A DNA stretch of 39,845 nt from Octopus bimaculoides (lineage: Eukaryota): NCBI RefSeq assembly GCF_001194135.2, contig NW_026365845.1:9784-49628 (forward strand). The letters run 5' to 3'. Shown here one piece after another: positions 11,148 to 23,215 of this stretch. Under the pieces are notes generated by a model, which was given only the letters and a program-made list of their open reading frames with translations, made no database searches and was not told the origin of the DNA. A program made the position numbers and the translations under genes. Positions within the stretch are counted from its first letter, which is position 1; the number at the start of each line of letters is the position of its first letter.

Positions 11148-11537
11148 GAATACACCATTTCGAGTGTGGCCGTTGATCGTTACCAACGTCGCCTTCCTGG
11201 CACTTGTGCCAGTGGCACGTGAAAAGACATTCAAGCGAGATCGTTGCCAGTGCCCCTGGACTGGCTCCTGTGCAGGTGGCACGTAAAATACACCATTTCG
11301 AGCGTGGCCGTTGCCAGTACCGCCTGGCTGACCCTCGTGCCGGTGGCACGTAAAAGCACCCACTACACTCTCGGAGTGGTTGGCGTTAAGAAGGGCATCC
11401 AGCCGTAGCAACTCTACCAAATTGGATTGGAGCCTGGTGCAGCCATCAGGTTTCACCAGTCCTCAGTCAAATCGTCCAACCCATGCTAGCATGGAAAGCG
11501 GACGTTAAATGACGACGATGATGATGATGATGATGAT
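11148..11537 (+). mobile_element. 5'-truncated RTE-clade LINE 3' end
   Basis: Ends ...catgctagcatggaaagcggacgttaaa followed by (GAT)n. Near-identical antisense copies at 20583, 36396 and 38625. Confidence 0.75.
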
Positions 11538-11659
11538 GGTGGAACCCCACCAATTGGTATAGTCCCACTCTTGCATTTCAAACAATTTAGGCTGAAGTAG
11601 TGGTTTTCAGTGTCCATTTCAGTTGCTCATTTTTTTCTTCGGGGAAAAATAACCCCAAG

Positions 11660-11860
11660 GTATTTTCCCTGAAGCAAGCTCACTGAACAAGACTTGGTAT
11701 GGAAACCTTAACCCTTCCATTCTTGCTACACGTCCTACCCACCGAAGGCAGAGTTTCCTGATGAGCGATTCCATGCTTTGACTGTTGGCTCTTTCTAGGA
11801 CTTTCTTGTCGGTCCCATGGTATTACCATTTGATATTCAAGACGGAACAATTCTTTCGAG
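11660..11860 (-). mobile_element. RTE/BovB-like ORF2 C-terminal fragment
   Basis: Minus-strand translation LNIKW*YHGTDKKVLERANSQSMESLIRKLCLRWVGRVARMEGLRFPYQVLFSELASGK matches the RTE pattern of IxW...VLERA...LRWxGHVxRM...PxxxLxxEL. Confidence 0.75.
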
Positions 11861-11983
11861 TCCTTGATTCAAACACTGGAATCTGAAAGACTCTGCCATC
11901 GTACAAGATGAAGAAATGTTAACGTATTGACAATATTTGGAACCTGCAATGACTTTTATTATACAAAGCATTTAATCATGTAT

Positions 11984-12313
11984 CTTTTATTTGTTTCAGT
12001 CACTACACTGCGACCATGCTGGAGCACTACTTTCAAGAAATTTTAGTCAAATGTATTGACCCTAGGACTTACTTATCTTAAACCCTGGTATGTATTTTAT
12101 TGGTGTCTCGTCAAACCGCTCAGTTACAGGGATGTAATCACAGCAACACCAATTGTCAAGTGGTGGCTGGGTGATAAACACACAGCGGCATATGTATGTC
12201 TTCTTTTATATATGCCTACCAACTCCACTCGCAAGGCTTTGGTCGAACCGAGACTATTCTTGAAGGCACCTGCTCGAGGTGCCACACATTGGAACTGAAC
12301 TTGGAACCATGTG
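11984..12313 (-). mobile_element. SINE family B, diverged
   Basis: Aligns to the reverse complement of 7247-7645 with many substitutions. Confidence 0.7.
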
Positions 12314-12574
12314 GTCCAACAGCTGTTTTGAAGAAAATGATTCCCCACAGATATCACAATATGGCTTATCTTCATGAACGCATTTGTGTTTTTCAAGTGA
12401 CCGGTTTCCGAAAATGATTTACCACAGATATTACAATAATATGATCTTTCTTCAGTATCAATACGTTTGTGATTAGTCAACTGACTATTTTGAGAGAATG
12501 ATTTACCACAGATAATACAATGATATCACAATATCACACACATATCACAATGATAGGGCTTCTCTCTTGTATAC

Positions 12575-12984
12575 TCTTTACTCTTTTACTTGTTTCAGTC
12601 ATTTGACTGCGGCCATGCTGGAGCACCGCCTTTAGTCGAGCAGATCGACCCCAGGACTTATTCTTTGGAAGCCTAGTACTTATTCTATCGGTCTCTTTTT
12701 GCCAAATCGCTAAGTTACGGGGACGTAAACACACCAGCATCGGTTGTCAAGCGATGTTGGGGGGACAAACACAGACACACATACCCACACATACACATAT
12801 ATATATATATATACATATATGTGACGGGCTTCTTTCAGTTTCCGTCGACCAAATCCACTCACAAGGCTTTGGTTGGCCCGAGGCTATAGTAGAAGACGCT
12901 TGCCCAAGGTGCCACGCAATGGGACTGAACCCAGAACCATGTGGTTGGTAAGCAAGCTACTTACCACACAACCACTCCTGCGCC
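12575..12984 (-). mobile_element. Full-length SINE family B inserted in the ZF pseudogene
   Basis: Complete head to tail; splits a finger between cacaaacgtatccata and tacaagagagaag. Confidence 0.85.
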
Positions 12985-13016
12985 TATGGATACGTTTGTG
13001 ACTAGTTAAGGTCCTA

Positions 13017-13142
<126 letters not shown>

Positions 13143-13213
13143 CTAGTTAAGCCATAAATTTGAGAGAATCATTTACCATAAATATCGCAAATGATGTGGT
13201 TGCTCTCTTGTAT

Positions 13214-13608
13214 TCTTTCATTCTTGTACTGGTTTCAGTTATTTGACTGTGGCCATGCTGGAGCACCACCTTTTGTTGAACAAATTGACCCCAGGGCTCA
13301 TTCTTTGTAAGCCTGGTACTTATTCTATCAGTCTCTTTTGCCAAACTACTAGGTTACAGGGATGTAAACACATCAACATTGGCTGTCAAGTGATGATGTG
13401 GGGACCAACATAGACACATACACACACACACATATATATATATACACATACATCACCGGCTTCTTTCAGTTTCCTTCTACCAAATCCACCCACAAGGCTT
13501 TGGTCAGCCCAAGAATATAATAGCAGACACTTTCCCAAGGTGCCATTCTGTGGGACTGAACCTGGAACTATGTGGTTGGGAAGCAAGCTTCTTACCATGC
13601 AGCCACTT
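13214..13608 (-). mobile_element. SINE family B inserted in the ZF pseudogene
   Basis: Full-length, moderately diverged copy. Confidence 0.8.
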
Positions 13609-13941
13609 GCCACAGATATCACAGGTATATAGTTTCTCTCCAGTATGAATACGCTTATGTATAGTTATGCTAGCTGTGTAAGAGAAAGATTCACCACAGT
13701 TGTTGCACTGATATGGCTTGTCACTGGTATGAACTTGCTCATGTATAGTTTACTCACGTCTACAGAAAGATTTACTACAGATATCACAATGATATGGCTT
13801 CTGTCTTAAATGAATACGTTTGTGACTAGTTAAATTGCTGTTGGCAGGAAATGATTTAATACAAATATCGCAAAGATATGGCTTCTCATCTGATGAATAT
13901 GTTTGTGTCTAGTCAAGTGACTATTTTTAGTGAATGATTTA

Positions 13942-14333
<392 letters not shown>

Positions 14334-14357
14334 TTAGTTAAGTTATTCATTATGGGA

Positions 14358-14770
14358 AAATGTGAGAGTTATCACTGCAATATCTGTGGTAAACATTCTC
14401 TGAAAAAGAGTCACTTATGTAAACGTGTGAGTGTTCACATACAAGTGTAACTATACGAATATCAAAATTTATTACAACACGACAACAATTATGAATAATT
14501 TGTCTGCTAAAAGACAAGGATCTTTCCCTCTTCAAATTTGACATTATCAACTTCAATTTCATCGTTGTCAACATCAAATTCAACAATGTCAACTTGAATA
14601 TCATCTACATATGGAAGCGTATGAACACAGTGATGACTTTGGTTTCTGGAGAGGATTGTTCTGGATTTTTGAAGAAATCGTTAGAAGAGAGCAAAGAAAT
14701 GGAAGTAATGAATAAATGGTTAAACTGATATTGATAGTGTCTATGTTGTATTTTCATTATCATCATAGTC
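14358..14770 (+). other. Orphan plus-strand ZF-gene 3'UTR with AATAAA (14711-14716)
   Basis: Collinear with the gene 5 3'UTR (31540-31925), sharing acaagtgtaac, ttcaaatttgacattatcaacttcaatttc, gaacacagtgatgactttggtttctg and ggttaaactgat. Confidence 0.8.
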
Positions 14771-14910
14771 ATCCTTTAGCGATATTTTCCATGCAGCTGA
14801 GTGGGACAATGTGACATGTGCTGCACTAGATTCCAGTCGGATTTCAGCTGTATTTCTTCCTAAGGATAACCAGTTTACAGTGTGAGCTGGCTACTTCATG
14901 CATATGTATA

Positions 14911-14945
<35 letters not shown>

Positions 14946-15684
14946 NNNNNNNNNNNNNNNNNNNNNNNNNNNNNNNNNNNNNNNNNNNNNNNNNNNNNNN
15001 NNNNNNNNNNNNNNNNNNNNNNNNNNNNNNNNNNNNNNNNNNNNNNNNNNNNNNNNNNNNNNNNNNNNNNNNNNNNNNNNNNNNNNNNNNNNNNNNNNNN
15101 NNNNNNNNNNNNNNNNNNNNNNNNNNNNNNNNNNNNNNNNNNNNNNNNNNNNNNNNNNNNNNNNNNNNNNNNNNNNNNNNNNNNNNNNNNNNNNNNNNNN
15201 NNNNNNNNNNNNNNNNNNNNNNNNNNNNNNNNNNNNNNNNNNNNNNNNNNNNNNNNNNNNNNNNNNNNNNNNNNNNNNNNNNNNNNNNNNNNNNNNNNNN
15301 NNNNNNNNNNNNNNNNNNNNNNNNNNNNNNNNNNNNNNNNNNNNNNNNNNNNNNNNNNNNNNNNNNNNNNNNNNNNNNNNNNNNNNNNNNNNNNNNNNNN
15401 NNNNNNNNNNNNNNNNNNNNNNNNNNNNNNNNNNNNNNNNNNNNNNNNNNNNNNNNNNNNNNNNNNNNNNNNNTACTTTATTCCTACATATGTTTCAAAG
15501 GATTACAACCTGTGTGATCCATAGGGATCTGTGATGTTAAAATTGTAACCTTCTCATCAGGGAAAGCATGGGAATCATCTTAAACGTAAGACATTATGAC
15601 CGAGTATGAAAACAATAGATGGATAAGGTTATGACTTGATTCATTTGAAAAAAACCGTTAGAGAATGTATATATATATACTATT

Positions 15685-16120
15685 TCACTCTGTTACTTGT
15701 TTCAGTCATAGACTGTGGCCATGCTGGAGCACTGCCTTTAGTCGAGCAAATCGACCCCAGGACTTATTCTTTGTAAGCCTAGTACTTATTCTATCAGTCT
15801 CTTTTGCCGAACCGCTAAGTGACGGGGACATAAACACACCAGCATCAGTTGTCAAGCGATGGTGGGGGACAAGCACAAATACATATATACACATACATAT
15901 ATATATGTACATATATACGACAGGCTTCTTTCAGTTTCCATCTACCAAATTCACTCACAAGGCTTTGGTCGGCCCGAGGCTATAGCAGAAGACACCTGCN
16001 NNNNNNNNNGGCTTTGGTCGGCCCGAGGCTATAGCAGAAGACACCTGCCCAAGGTGCCACACAGTGGGACTGAACCCGGAACCATGTTGTTTGTAAGCAA
16101 GCTACTTACCACACAGCCAC
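15685..16120 (-). mobile_element. SINE family B
   Basis: Near full length. About 40 bp is duplicated either side of a 10-N gap, probably an assembly artefact. Confidence 0.8.
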
Positions 16121-16635
16121 ATATATATTTGTTGGACTTGTATTGACTTCCTCACCTCAGTGCCAGTTGAGACAGTATTAACAAATAGAAGAGAGGAAAT
16201 GATGTGGGTGATTTCTTGAGTATGTACTCCACAAAGTCTGCACTCGTCACATTTTATGGCTTTTCCTGCATCTCTGTTCCTTTTGTGCATCAGGTACTTG
16301 GTTGATATTTCCTGCTCCTGGATTGCAAACGCATACCCTTCAAATTGGGAGCTAGTAATCCAGCTATTGGTCCATGATAGACTGCTTTGATGATCGATAT
16401 CATTATCATCACAGAGCTTTCTACTAGTATATATTTTAAATTTCTTTCAGCAGTCAATATTTTGATATTTCTTAAAATTATTTTCAAGTGAATATACCAT
16501 CACAAAAAAATTTTTTTTAACATATTTAAAAAATATTCTAAAGCAAAAATGACTTTAAAAATACGTAGATATTTTCTAACCTCAGCGTGAAATCGTTTTT
16601 TTTTTTTCGAGTGCATTCAACGTAACTCACCTTCA

Positions 16636-16752
16636 AAAATTTTGCTGCTATTTCTAGCACGCCCTGCTACTACGTAACAGCTATTTGCGATAAAGGACCC
16701 GAAATACGTGTTACGTGGTAGCAGGGCGTGCAAGAAATAGCAGCCAAATTTT
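16636..16752. repeat. Long hairpin: 44-bp arms (3 mismatches) with a 29-nt loop
   Basis: aaaattttgctgctatttctagcacgccctgctactacgtaaca versus the reverse complement of 16709-16752. Confidence 0.85.
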
Positions 16753-16860
16753 TCCAACCCTCGTCACAGAACTCTGTTGCTGGGAAACTTAGTTTCCCGG
16801 TGACCCAACGGGTCACGGGTCGGGCGATCTTTCGTTTTGACTTGCAGAATTGTCATCTGC

Positions 16861-17198
16861 GTTCGTTAATTTCCGTAATTTTTTTTATTTCTTTATTTTT
16901 GTTTTAAAGTGAAAGACGTATGTATGTGTATATGAAATAGACGTGTATGTGAGAGAGAGTGAGTGAAGGGTTGTGTTGTGATGTATACGTACATACATCA
17001 ATACAAACACATACATCTTTTTTTGTATGTACGTGTGCGTGTTCTCATATATGCTTATGTGGCACTCACGCTTTCTCTCTGACACACATATACTTACAAA
17101 TACACAGACGTCCATTTCGTATACACATTCATACACCTTTTCTTTCACTTTAAAACAAAATTAAATAAATAAATAAAAATTTACGGAAATTAACGAAC
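16861..17198. mobile_element. MITE-like element with ~85-bp imperfect terminal inverted repeats
   Basis: gttcgttaatttccgtaa...ttttaaagtgaaaga...tgtgtata.gaaat.gacgt is mirrored at 17108-17198. Confidence 0.65.
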
Positions 17199-17608
17199 AA
17201 AACAGCTGATCTAAATGACAGTTCGTTGACAACTTTGCCGAGGTATAACGAAACAGCTATTTTTATTATACAAAGTCGTTAATATTTACATTAATTTACA
17301 CTTCTGTGACAAATAATTACTGATGTCATTGTATGATCATGGAAAAAAGCCTTCTGTCGAAATTGACTATGATGGAATTGAGATTGACGCCGGACCATAA
17401 CGAATTTGAGAGGTAAAAAAAAAAAAAAAACCCTTATAAATTACGCTAACTGTTCTTAACATGGTTCCTGTATCAGGGGACAGTGTTTTGTAGCAGAATA
17501 TATTACTACACAACACATTCTTAAAATAATCTGGTGAAAATTTTATTACGAAAGTTCAAAGTGAAGTTTTTGACAGAACCAGACAAAGAAAGACACGGAA
17601 ACATGTCA

Positions 17609-17763
17609 AACCAATCAAGTAGCGCCATCTATTGGCGAAGGCAAGTAATATCATATAAAGGGAAACTACTTCCACTACATTTTAACCTCGGTTCCATTGA
17701 ATTGGTAATTAGGACGATAATTGCCAATTAGTGACTCGGTGTTCGTATCCGAATACGGTAAGT
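17609..17763 (+). promoter_or_regulatory. Promoter, exon 1 and donor of gene 3
   Basis: AACCAATCA at 17609; TAGCGCCATCTATTGG at 17620-17635; TATAAAG at 17654; YR initiator A at 17684; donor G|GTAAGT at 17758. Confidence 0.65.
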
Positions 17764-17967
17764 TGACAAAGATTTACTTTAAGGCTGTAATGGTGTTAAT
17801 ATTACTAATAATAATAATGATAGAATTATGTAAATGATAGAATTATGTGAACCTTTCGATCGTAAAGTAATTAATTCGACGCTAAAATGAAAATATATTT
17901 CCCCTCGCCTTCCAAATTGAAATGTTGATTTGTTTTTGGCAATCTATGATCGACAGTTACATATGAT

Positions 17968-18325
17968 TTGTTGTTGTTGGCACTCCGTCGCTTACGACGA
18001 CGAGGGTTCCAGTTGATCCGATCAACGGAACAGCCTGCTCGTGAAATTAACGTGCAAGTGGCTGAGCACTCCACAGACACGTGTACCCTTAACGTAGTTC
18101 TTGGGGGATATTCATAGTGTGACAAGGCTGGCCCTTTGAATTACAGGCACAACAGAAACAGGAAGAAAGAGTGGGAGAAAGTTTGTGGTGGAAGTGTACA
18201 GCAGGGTTCACCACCATCCCCTGCCGGAGCCTCGTGGGGCTTTTAGGTGTTTTCGCTCAATAAACCCTCACAACGCCCGGTCCGGGAATCGAAACCGCGA
18301 TCCTATGACCGCGAGTCCGCTACCC
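17968..18325 (-). mobile_element. tRNA-derived SINE, family C, with (CAA)n tail, in the gene 3 intron
   Basis: The reverse complement has a B-box-like GGTTTCGATTCCC and ends in (CAA)n. The flanks rejoin the empty paralogous intron sequence. Confidence 0.75.
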
Positions 18326-18526
18326 GTCACTACATGATATAAAAGAAATTAATTGGTAAAATGAGAGTGAAACAGTGTAATTAATTCGTAAAATAAGGGG
18401 AAACCTATTGAAGAACGCCACATTAATTAATGTTGTTTTTTATGAGGCATTGATAAAACGGAAAGTTGACAAAGATTTACTTTAAGGTCATATTAATACT
18501 ATGTTGTTTAACTATCCAGTTTATCT

Positions 18527-18549
18527 TACTGCTTCTTTTCCTATTTCAG
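18527..18549 (+). other. Splice acceptor, gene 3
   Basis: actgcttcttttcctatttcAG|aatatcac. Confidence 0.7.
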
Positions 18550-18955
18550 AATATCACAACATGTTGACGTGAAAGAAATCTCTCCATTCAGAAATGCCTT
18601 TGATATTCTCATCAACTTACATCAACTAAAACAAGACGATATATTTATAAGGAGCATTCATAAATAAGTCTACCTCTTTATATAAATACAGTCTATAACA
18701 AAGAACAGCAGAATATTTTTCTTTCTCTGGAATGTAGAGGAGGTGATCGCTTTCCTGGTTAATTAAAGTTCCATAAATTTACAAAGGAGTTGACAATTTC
18801 CATCTGCTGTTTTAGATATCGAGTAAGATCGTGGATGAAAGAAACATTGTATTAAATTATCCTTTCAATGTAGTGACACAACGGAACATAAACTTATTCA
18901 TAGAAATGAAAAACACATTATCACTGTGATATGTGTGATAAATAATTCTCTCATA

Positions 18956-20182
18956 ATGAATAATTTAACTAAACCAGAAAACACTAATACAGGAGAGAAA
19001 CCATATCACTGTGATATCTGTGGTAAATCCTTCTCTCAAAGGAGTGACTTAACTAGACACCAATGTACACATACAGGAGAGAAGCCATTTCATTGTGATA
19101 TCCGTGGTAAATCATTCCCTCACAATAGTAAGTTAACTAGTCACACACATACACATACAGGAGAAGGGCCACATCATTGCAATATCTGTGGTAAAGCATT
19201 CTCTCGAGCCAGTCACTTGAAAACACACAAACGTATTCATACGGGAGAGAAGCCATTTCATTGTGATATTTGTGGTAAATCATTCTCTTGTCATGGTAAC
19301 TTGACTACTCACTCGCGTATTCATTCTGGAGAAAAACCATATCACTGCGATATCTGTGGTAAATCATTCCCTCAAAATAGTCACTTGACTAAACACAAGC
19401 GTGTTCATACAGGAGAGAAACCAGATCACTGTGAGATCTGCGGTAAATCATTTTTTGAAAGGGGTAATTTAACTAAACACCAGCGCATTCACACAGGAGA
19501 GAAGCTTTATAATTGTGATATTTGCGATGAATCGTTTTATGCAGCTGGAAACATGAAACAGCACAAACGTATTCATACAGGAGAGAAACCATATCATTGT
19601 AATATCTGTGGTAAATCATTTTCTGCAGCTAGCAATTTAACTATTCACAAACGTATTCATACAGGAGAGAAACCATATCGTTGTAATATCTGTGGTGAAT
19701 CGTTCTCGCAAACGAGTATTTTAACTAGACACAAACGTGTTCATACGGGAGAGAAGCCATATCACTGTGATATCTGTGGTAAATCGTTCTCTGAAAATAA
19801 CGTTTTAACTAAACATAAGCATATTCATACTGGAGAGAAGACATATCAGTGTGATATTTGTGGTAAATCATTCTCTTGTAATAGTCAATTAACTAATCAC
19901 AAACGCATTCATACAGGAGAAAAACCTTATCATTGTGATATCTGTGGTAAATCATTCTCTCAAAGTACTCACTTGGCTAACCACAAACTTACACATACAG
20001 GAGAGAAAGCGTATCATTGCGATATCTGTGGTAAATCATTCTCTCGTAATAGTCAATTGGTTAATCACAAACGCATTCACACAGGAGAGAAACCATATCA
20101 CTGTAATATCTGTGGTAAATCATTCTCTCAAAGAAGTCACTTGACTAATCACAAACCTTCACATGCAAGAGAGGAGCCGTAA
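18956..20182 (+). CDS. C2H2 zinc-finger protein 3 (14 fingers; finger 2 has Cys2->Arg)
   Basis: Uninterrupted ORF of 408 aa from the conserved ATG. Confidence 0.9.
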   Translation: MNNLTKPENTNTGEKPYHCDICGKSFSQRSDLTRHQCTHTGEKPFHCDIRGKSFPHNSKLTSHTHTHTGEGPHHCNICGKAFSRASHLKTHKRIHTGEKPFHCDICGKSFSCHGNLTTHSRIHSGEKPYHCDICGKSFPQNSHLTKHKRVHTGEKPDHCEICGKSFFERGNLTKHQRIHTGEKLYNCDICDESFYAAGNMKQHKRIHTGEKPYHCNICGKSFSAASNLTIHKRIHTGEKPYRCNICGESFSQTSILTRHKRVHTGEKPYHCDICGKSFSENNVLTKHKHIHTGEKTYQCDICGKSFSCNSQLTNHKRIHTGEKPYHCDICGKSFSQSTHLANHKLTHTGEKAYHCDICGKSFSRNSQLVNHKRIHTGEKPYHCNICGKSFSQRSHLTNHKPSHAREEP

Positions 20183-20582
20183 CCAGGCATTAGCTATTGC
20201 AGTTCATTTTTTTGTAAATGGTGTTTTAATTATACGTGCAAATATTCTCGACAGACTGAACTTATGTCATGGTCATTTTCTCATAGACCTAACTTAAAAT
20301 GTCCATGAATGAATTCCTACAAGAGGGAAGCCATGTCACTGTGACATCTCTGGCAAATCATTCTCTCGATAAAGCCACATGTGTACACATGTGGGTATTC
20401 ACACAAACTTGTAACTGTATCAGTGTTAAATTTTATTAAAATATAACAACAATTAACACTATTCTGTCTGCTAAAACACAGGCTTTTTTCCTCCATCAAC
20501 TTTGACATCATTAACTTCGATACTGTTAATGTCTATCACAAATTTGTCGTCATCTCTAAAAATATTGACACTGACATAACTT

Positions 20583-21025
20583 CATCATCATCATCATCGT
20601 TTAAAGTCCGCTTTCCATGCTAGCATGGGTTGGACGATTTGACTGAGGACTGGTGAATCAGATGGCTACACCAGGCTCCAATCGAATTTGGCAGAGTTTC
20701 TACAGCTGGATGCCCTTCCTAAAGTCAACCACTCCGAGAGTGTAGTGGGTGCTTTTACGTGTCACCCGCACGAAGGCCAGTCAGGCGGTACTGGCAACGG
20801 CCACGCTCAAAATGGTGTATTTTATGTGCCACCCGCACAAGAGCCAGTCCAGGGGCACTGGCAACGATCTCGCTCGAAAGTCCTTACACATGCCGCGCGC
20901 ACAAGTGCCAGAAAGGAGACGCTGGGCACAGGTGCCATCCTGATTTCGCTTTCGCTTGCCCCAGTAAGTCTTCGCAAGCTGAGTTTCGTGTCCAATGATG
21001 GAGACGACGTTGGCATGGGTGCTGA
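20583..21025 (-). mobile_element. 5'-truncated RTE LINE, antisense in the gene 3 3'UTR
   Basis: Begins (CAT)n-cgtttaa. The flanks match the uninterrupted gene 2 sequence ataacttgattactgaaaatgcctttggct. Confidence 0.8.
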
Positions 21026-21072
21026 AAATGCCTTTGGCTGGACTTTGAGGAATTTCTTTAAAAAGAATAATG

Positions 21073-21078
21073 AATAAA
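21073..21078 (+). terminator. Polyadenylation signal, gene 3
   Basis: aagaataatgAATAAA followed by ttttgtgtttgttgtg. Confidence 0.6.
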
Positions 21079-21469
21079 TAGTTTATTTTGTGTTTGTTGT
21101 GTTACTGTGTATCTGGACGCTGTCTCCTTTATACCTGAAACCTTTCAACTTGCTCAACGTCACACTTCTTCAAAACTACTTTCCTCTGTCCCAGTTGTGG
21201 GCTATTTTCTCTTGTAAGGGGCTTGGTGGACCCTGTTGGCTTTTGTCGTCGCACAGAAATCACTGGTGACATAAAAACTGTCACTGAAAAAAGAAAACAA
21301 AAAAAACAAAAAAACCACCCAGTGCACTCTGTAGAATGGTTAACATTAGGAAATGCATTCTGCAGTGGAAAACAAACCAAAACAGACAAGGGGAACTCGT
21401 GCAGCTGAAGGCCTTGTCAGCTCCAGTCGAACCATCCAACATATGGCCTGAATGGAAAAGAAGAAATGC

Positions 21470-21709
21470 AATCAAACAATGGGAAATAACTTCTACAACA
21501 CTTCGTTGGGGTTGTCGAGAGGTAGACCCGCGTTACGGCGCGCACTCTCTCCTGATGACGTCATACACTTGCTGGTTTCCGGTATGCGGAGTTCTTGACT
21601 GGGAGTACTTTGCATGTGAAGGGGTTTGCCAAACATCGTTGTTATTATTTATTTAGACTAATTAGTCATTCGGTCGCTGATTCGCAGTTTTTGTCTGAAT
21701 ACGGTAAGT
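21470..21709 (+). promoter_or_regulatory. Modified promoter, exon 1 and donor of gene 4
   Basis: gggaaataacttctacaacacttc and the donor G|GTAAGT (21704) are retained. The TATA position is degenerate, and a CpG-rich insert carries TGACGTCA (21556-21563) and TTTCCGG. Confidence 0.5.
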
Positions 21710-22193
21710 TGAGAATGATTATAATAATATCATTAATAACTACGTTAATAATGGAATTATGTGAACTTCTCGATGTTACAGTAATTATTTCGAAAAGGGA
21801 AAAAAATAAAAACATTAGGAAAATACATTTTGCTCGTCGTAAATAAAAACTTCCAAACTGAAATGTTGTTTATGAAAATCTATGATCGGCTGTTACATGT
21901 GATATCAAGGAAATTAATTGGTAAAATGAGAGTAAAACGGTTTAATTAATGAGTAAAATGAGGGAGACCCGTTTAAAGAACACCACATTAATTTCGTTTT
22001 TTGTGTTTGGGTTACAAGATTCTTTATATGAATTGGTGTGTTGAAGCATATTTTGTTGTATCTGGGGAGAGTCGTTCTGTTTTAATACGTTGTTAATTAA
22101 CACACTCACCGGTTCGATTTCCCCGTATTTACATATTTAGTAATTTATTTTCTAAAATATTCGTTATTTCTTGCAACCTCTTCAATGGTTATT

Positions 22194-22325
22194 GGGCACT
22201 GGTCATGCTATTAGCTGTCAGAAGTGAAAGTGCTCACTGCTAGTGAAGTATCTGTCTGTCTGTCTGCCTGTTGCTGGTTTGAGTCGATTCTTTGGCTACT
22301 GACAGCTAATACCATGACTGGCCGG
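22194..22325 (+). mobile_element. ~130-bp MITE-like element (GGCACTGGTCATG family)
   Basis: Left end gggcactggtcatgctattagctgtcag is an imperfect inverted match to the right end ctgacagctaataccatgactggcc. Other copies at 23216 (+), ending 24476 (-) and 39796 (+). Confidence 0.6.
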
Positions 22326-22448
22326 AGCGAGCTATATGTCTGTCTGTCTCTCTCTCTATCTATCTATCTATCTCTCTTTCCCCCCTCCCTTTAAAACACG
22401 TCAGTTATCTCTCGCCTTCTCTCTCTCTTTCTATATCTATACCATTAC

Positions 22449-22492
<44 letters not shown>

Positions 22493-23215
22493 ATTACTCG
22501 AAAGTTCGCGCGTCCGCGCTAGCTAGTCGTGAGTGGTCGATCCTATTATTTTAAAACTTCAAACTTCATTTGTTTTCTATTTTGATAAATTCTCTCTGTT
22601 GNNNNNNNNNNNNNNNNNNNNNNNNNNNNNNNNNNNNNNNNNNNNNNNNNNNNNNNNNNNNNNNNNNNNNNNNNNNNNNNNNNNNNNNNNNNNNNNNNNN
22701 NNNNNNNNNNNNNNNNNNNNNNNNNNNNNNNNNNNNNNNNNNNNNNNNNNNNNNNNNNNNNNNNNNNNNNNNNNNNNNNNNNNNNNNNNNNNNNNNNNNN
22801 NNNNNNNNNNNNNNNNNNNNNNNNNNNNNNNNNNNNNNNNNNNNNNNNNNNNNNNNNNNNNNNNNNNNNNNNNNNNNNNNNNNNNNNNNNNNNNNNNNNN
22901 NNNNNNNNNNNNNNNNNNNNNNNNNNNNNNNNNNNNNNNNNNNNNNNNNNNNNNNNNNNNNNNNNNNNNNNNNNNNNNNNNNNNNNAAATTGTGCTAGAA
23001 ATAGAAGTAAAAGTCTGCTTAAATCCAGTGATTCTTCTTTGTATTAATCCGTTCTGGCCTCCAGAGCTATGTCCCCCCGCCACCACACTTTTATTTTTGA
23101 AGCTGAGATGGGTTAGACTCGTTTGTTTTACTAGAAAACCACACAAATAATTACATATATACTCTTTTACTCATTTCAGTCATTTTGACTGCGGCCATGC
23201 TGGAGTACCGCATTT

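Noticed and set aside
10971-11456. ORFs within the RTE-tail copies (also 20688-21077, 36410-36952, 38688-39100)
   Set aside because: Translations of repeat 3'UTR sequence that recur wherever the repeat is inserted.
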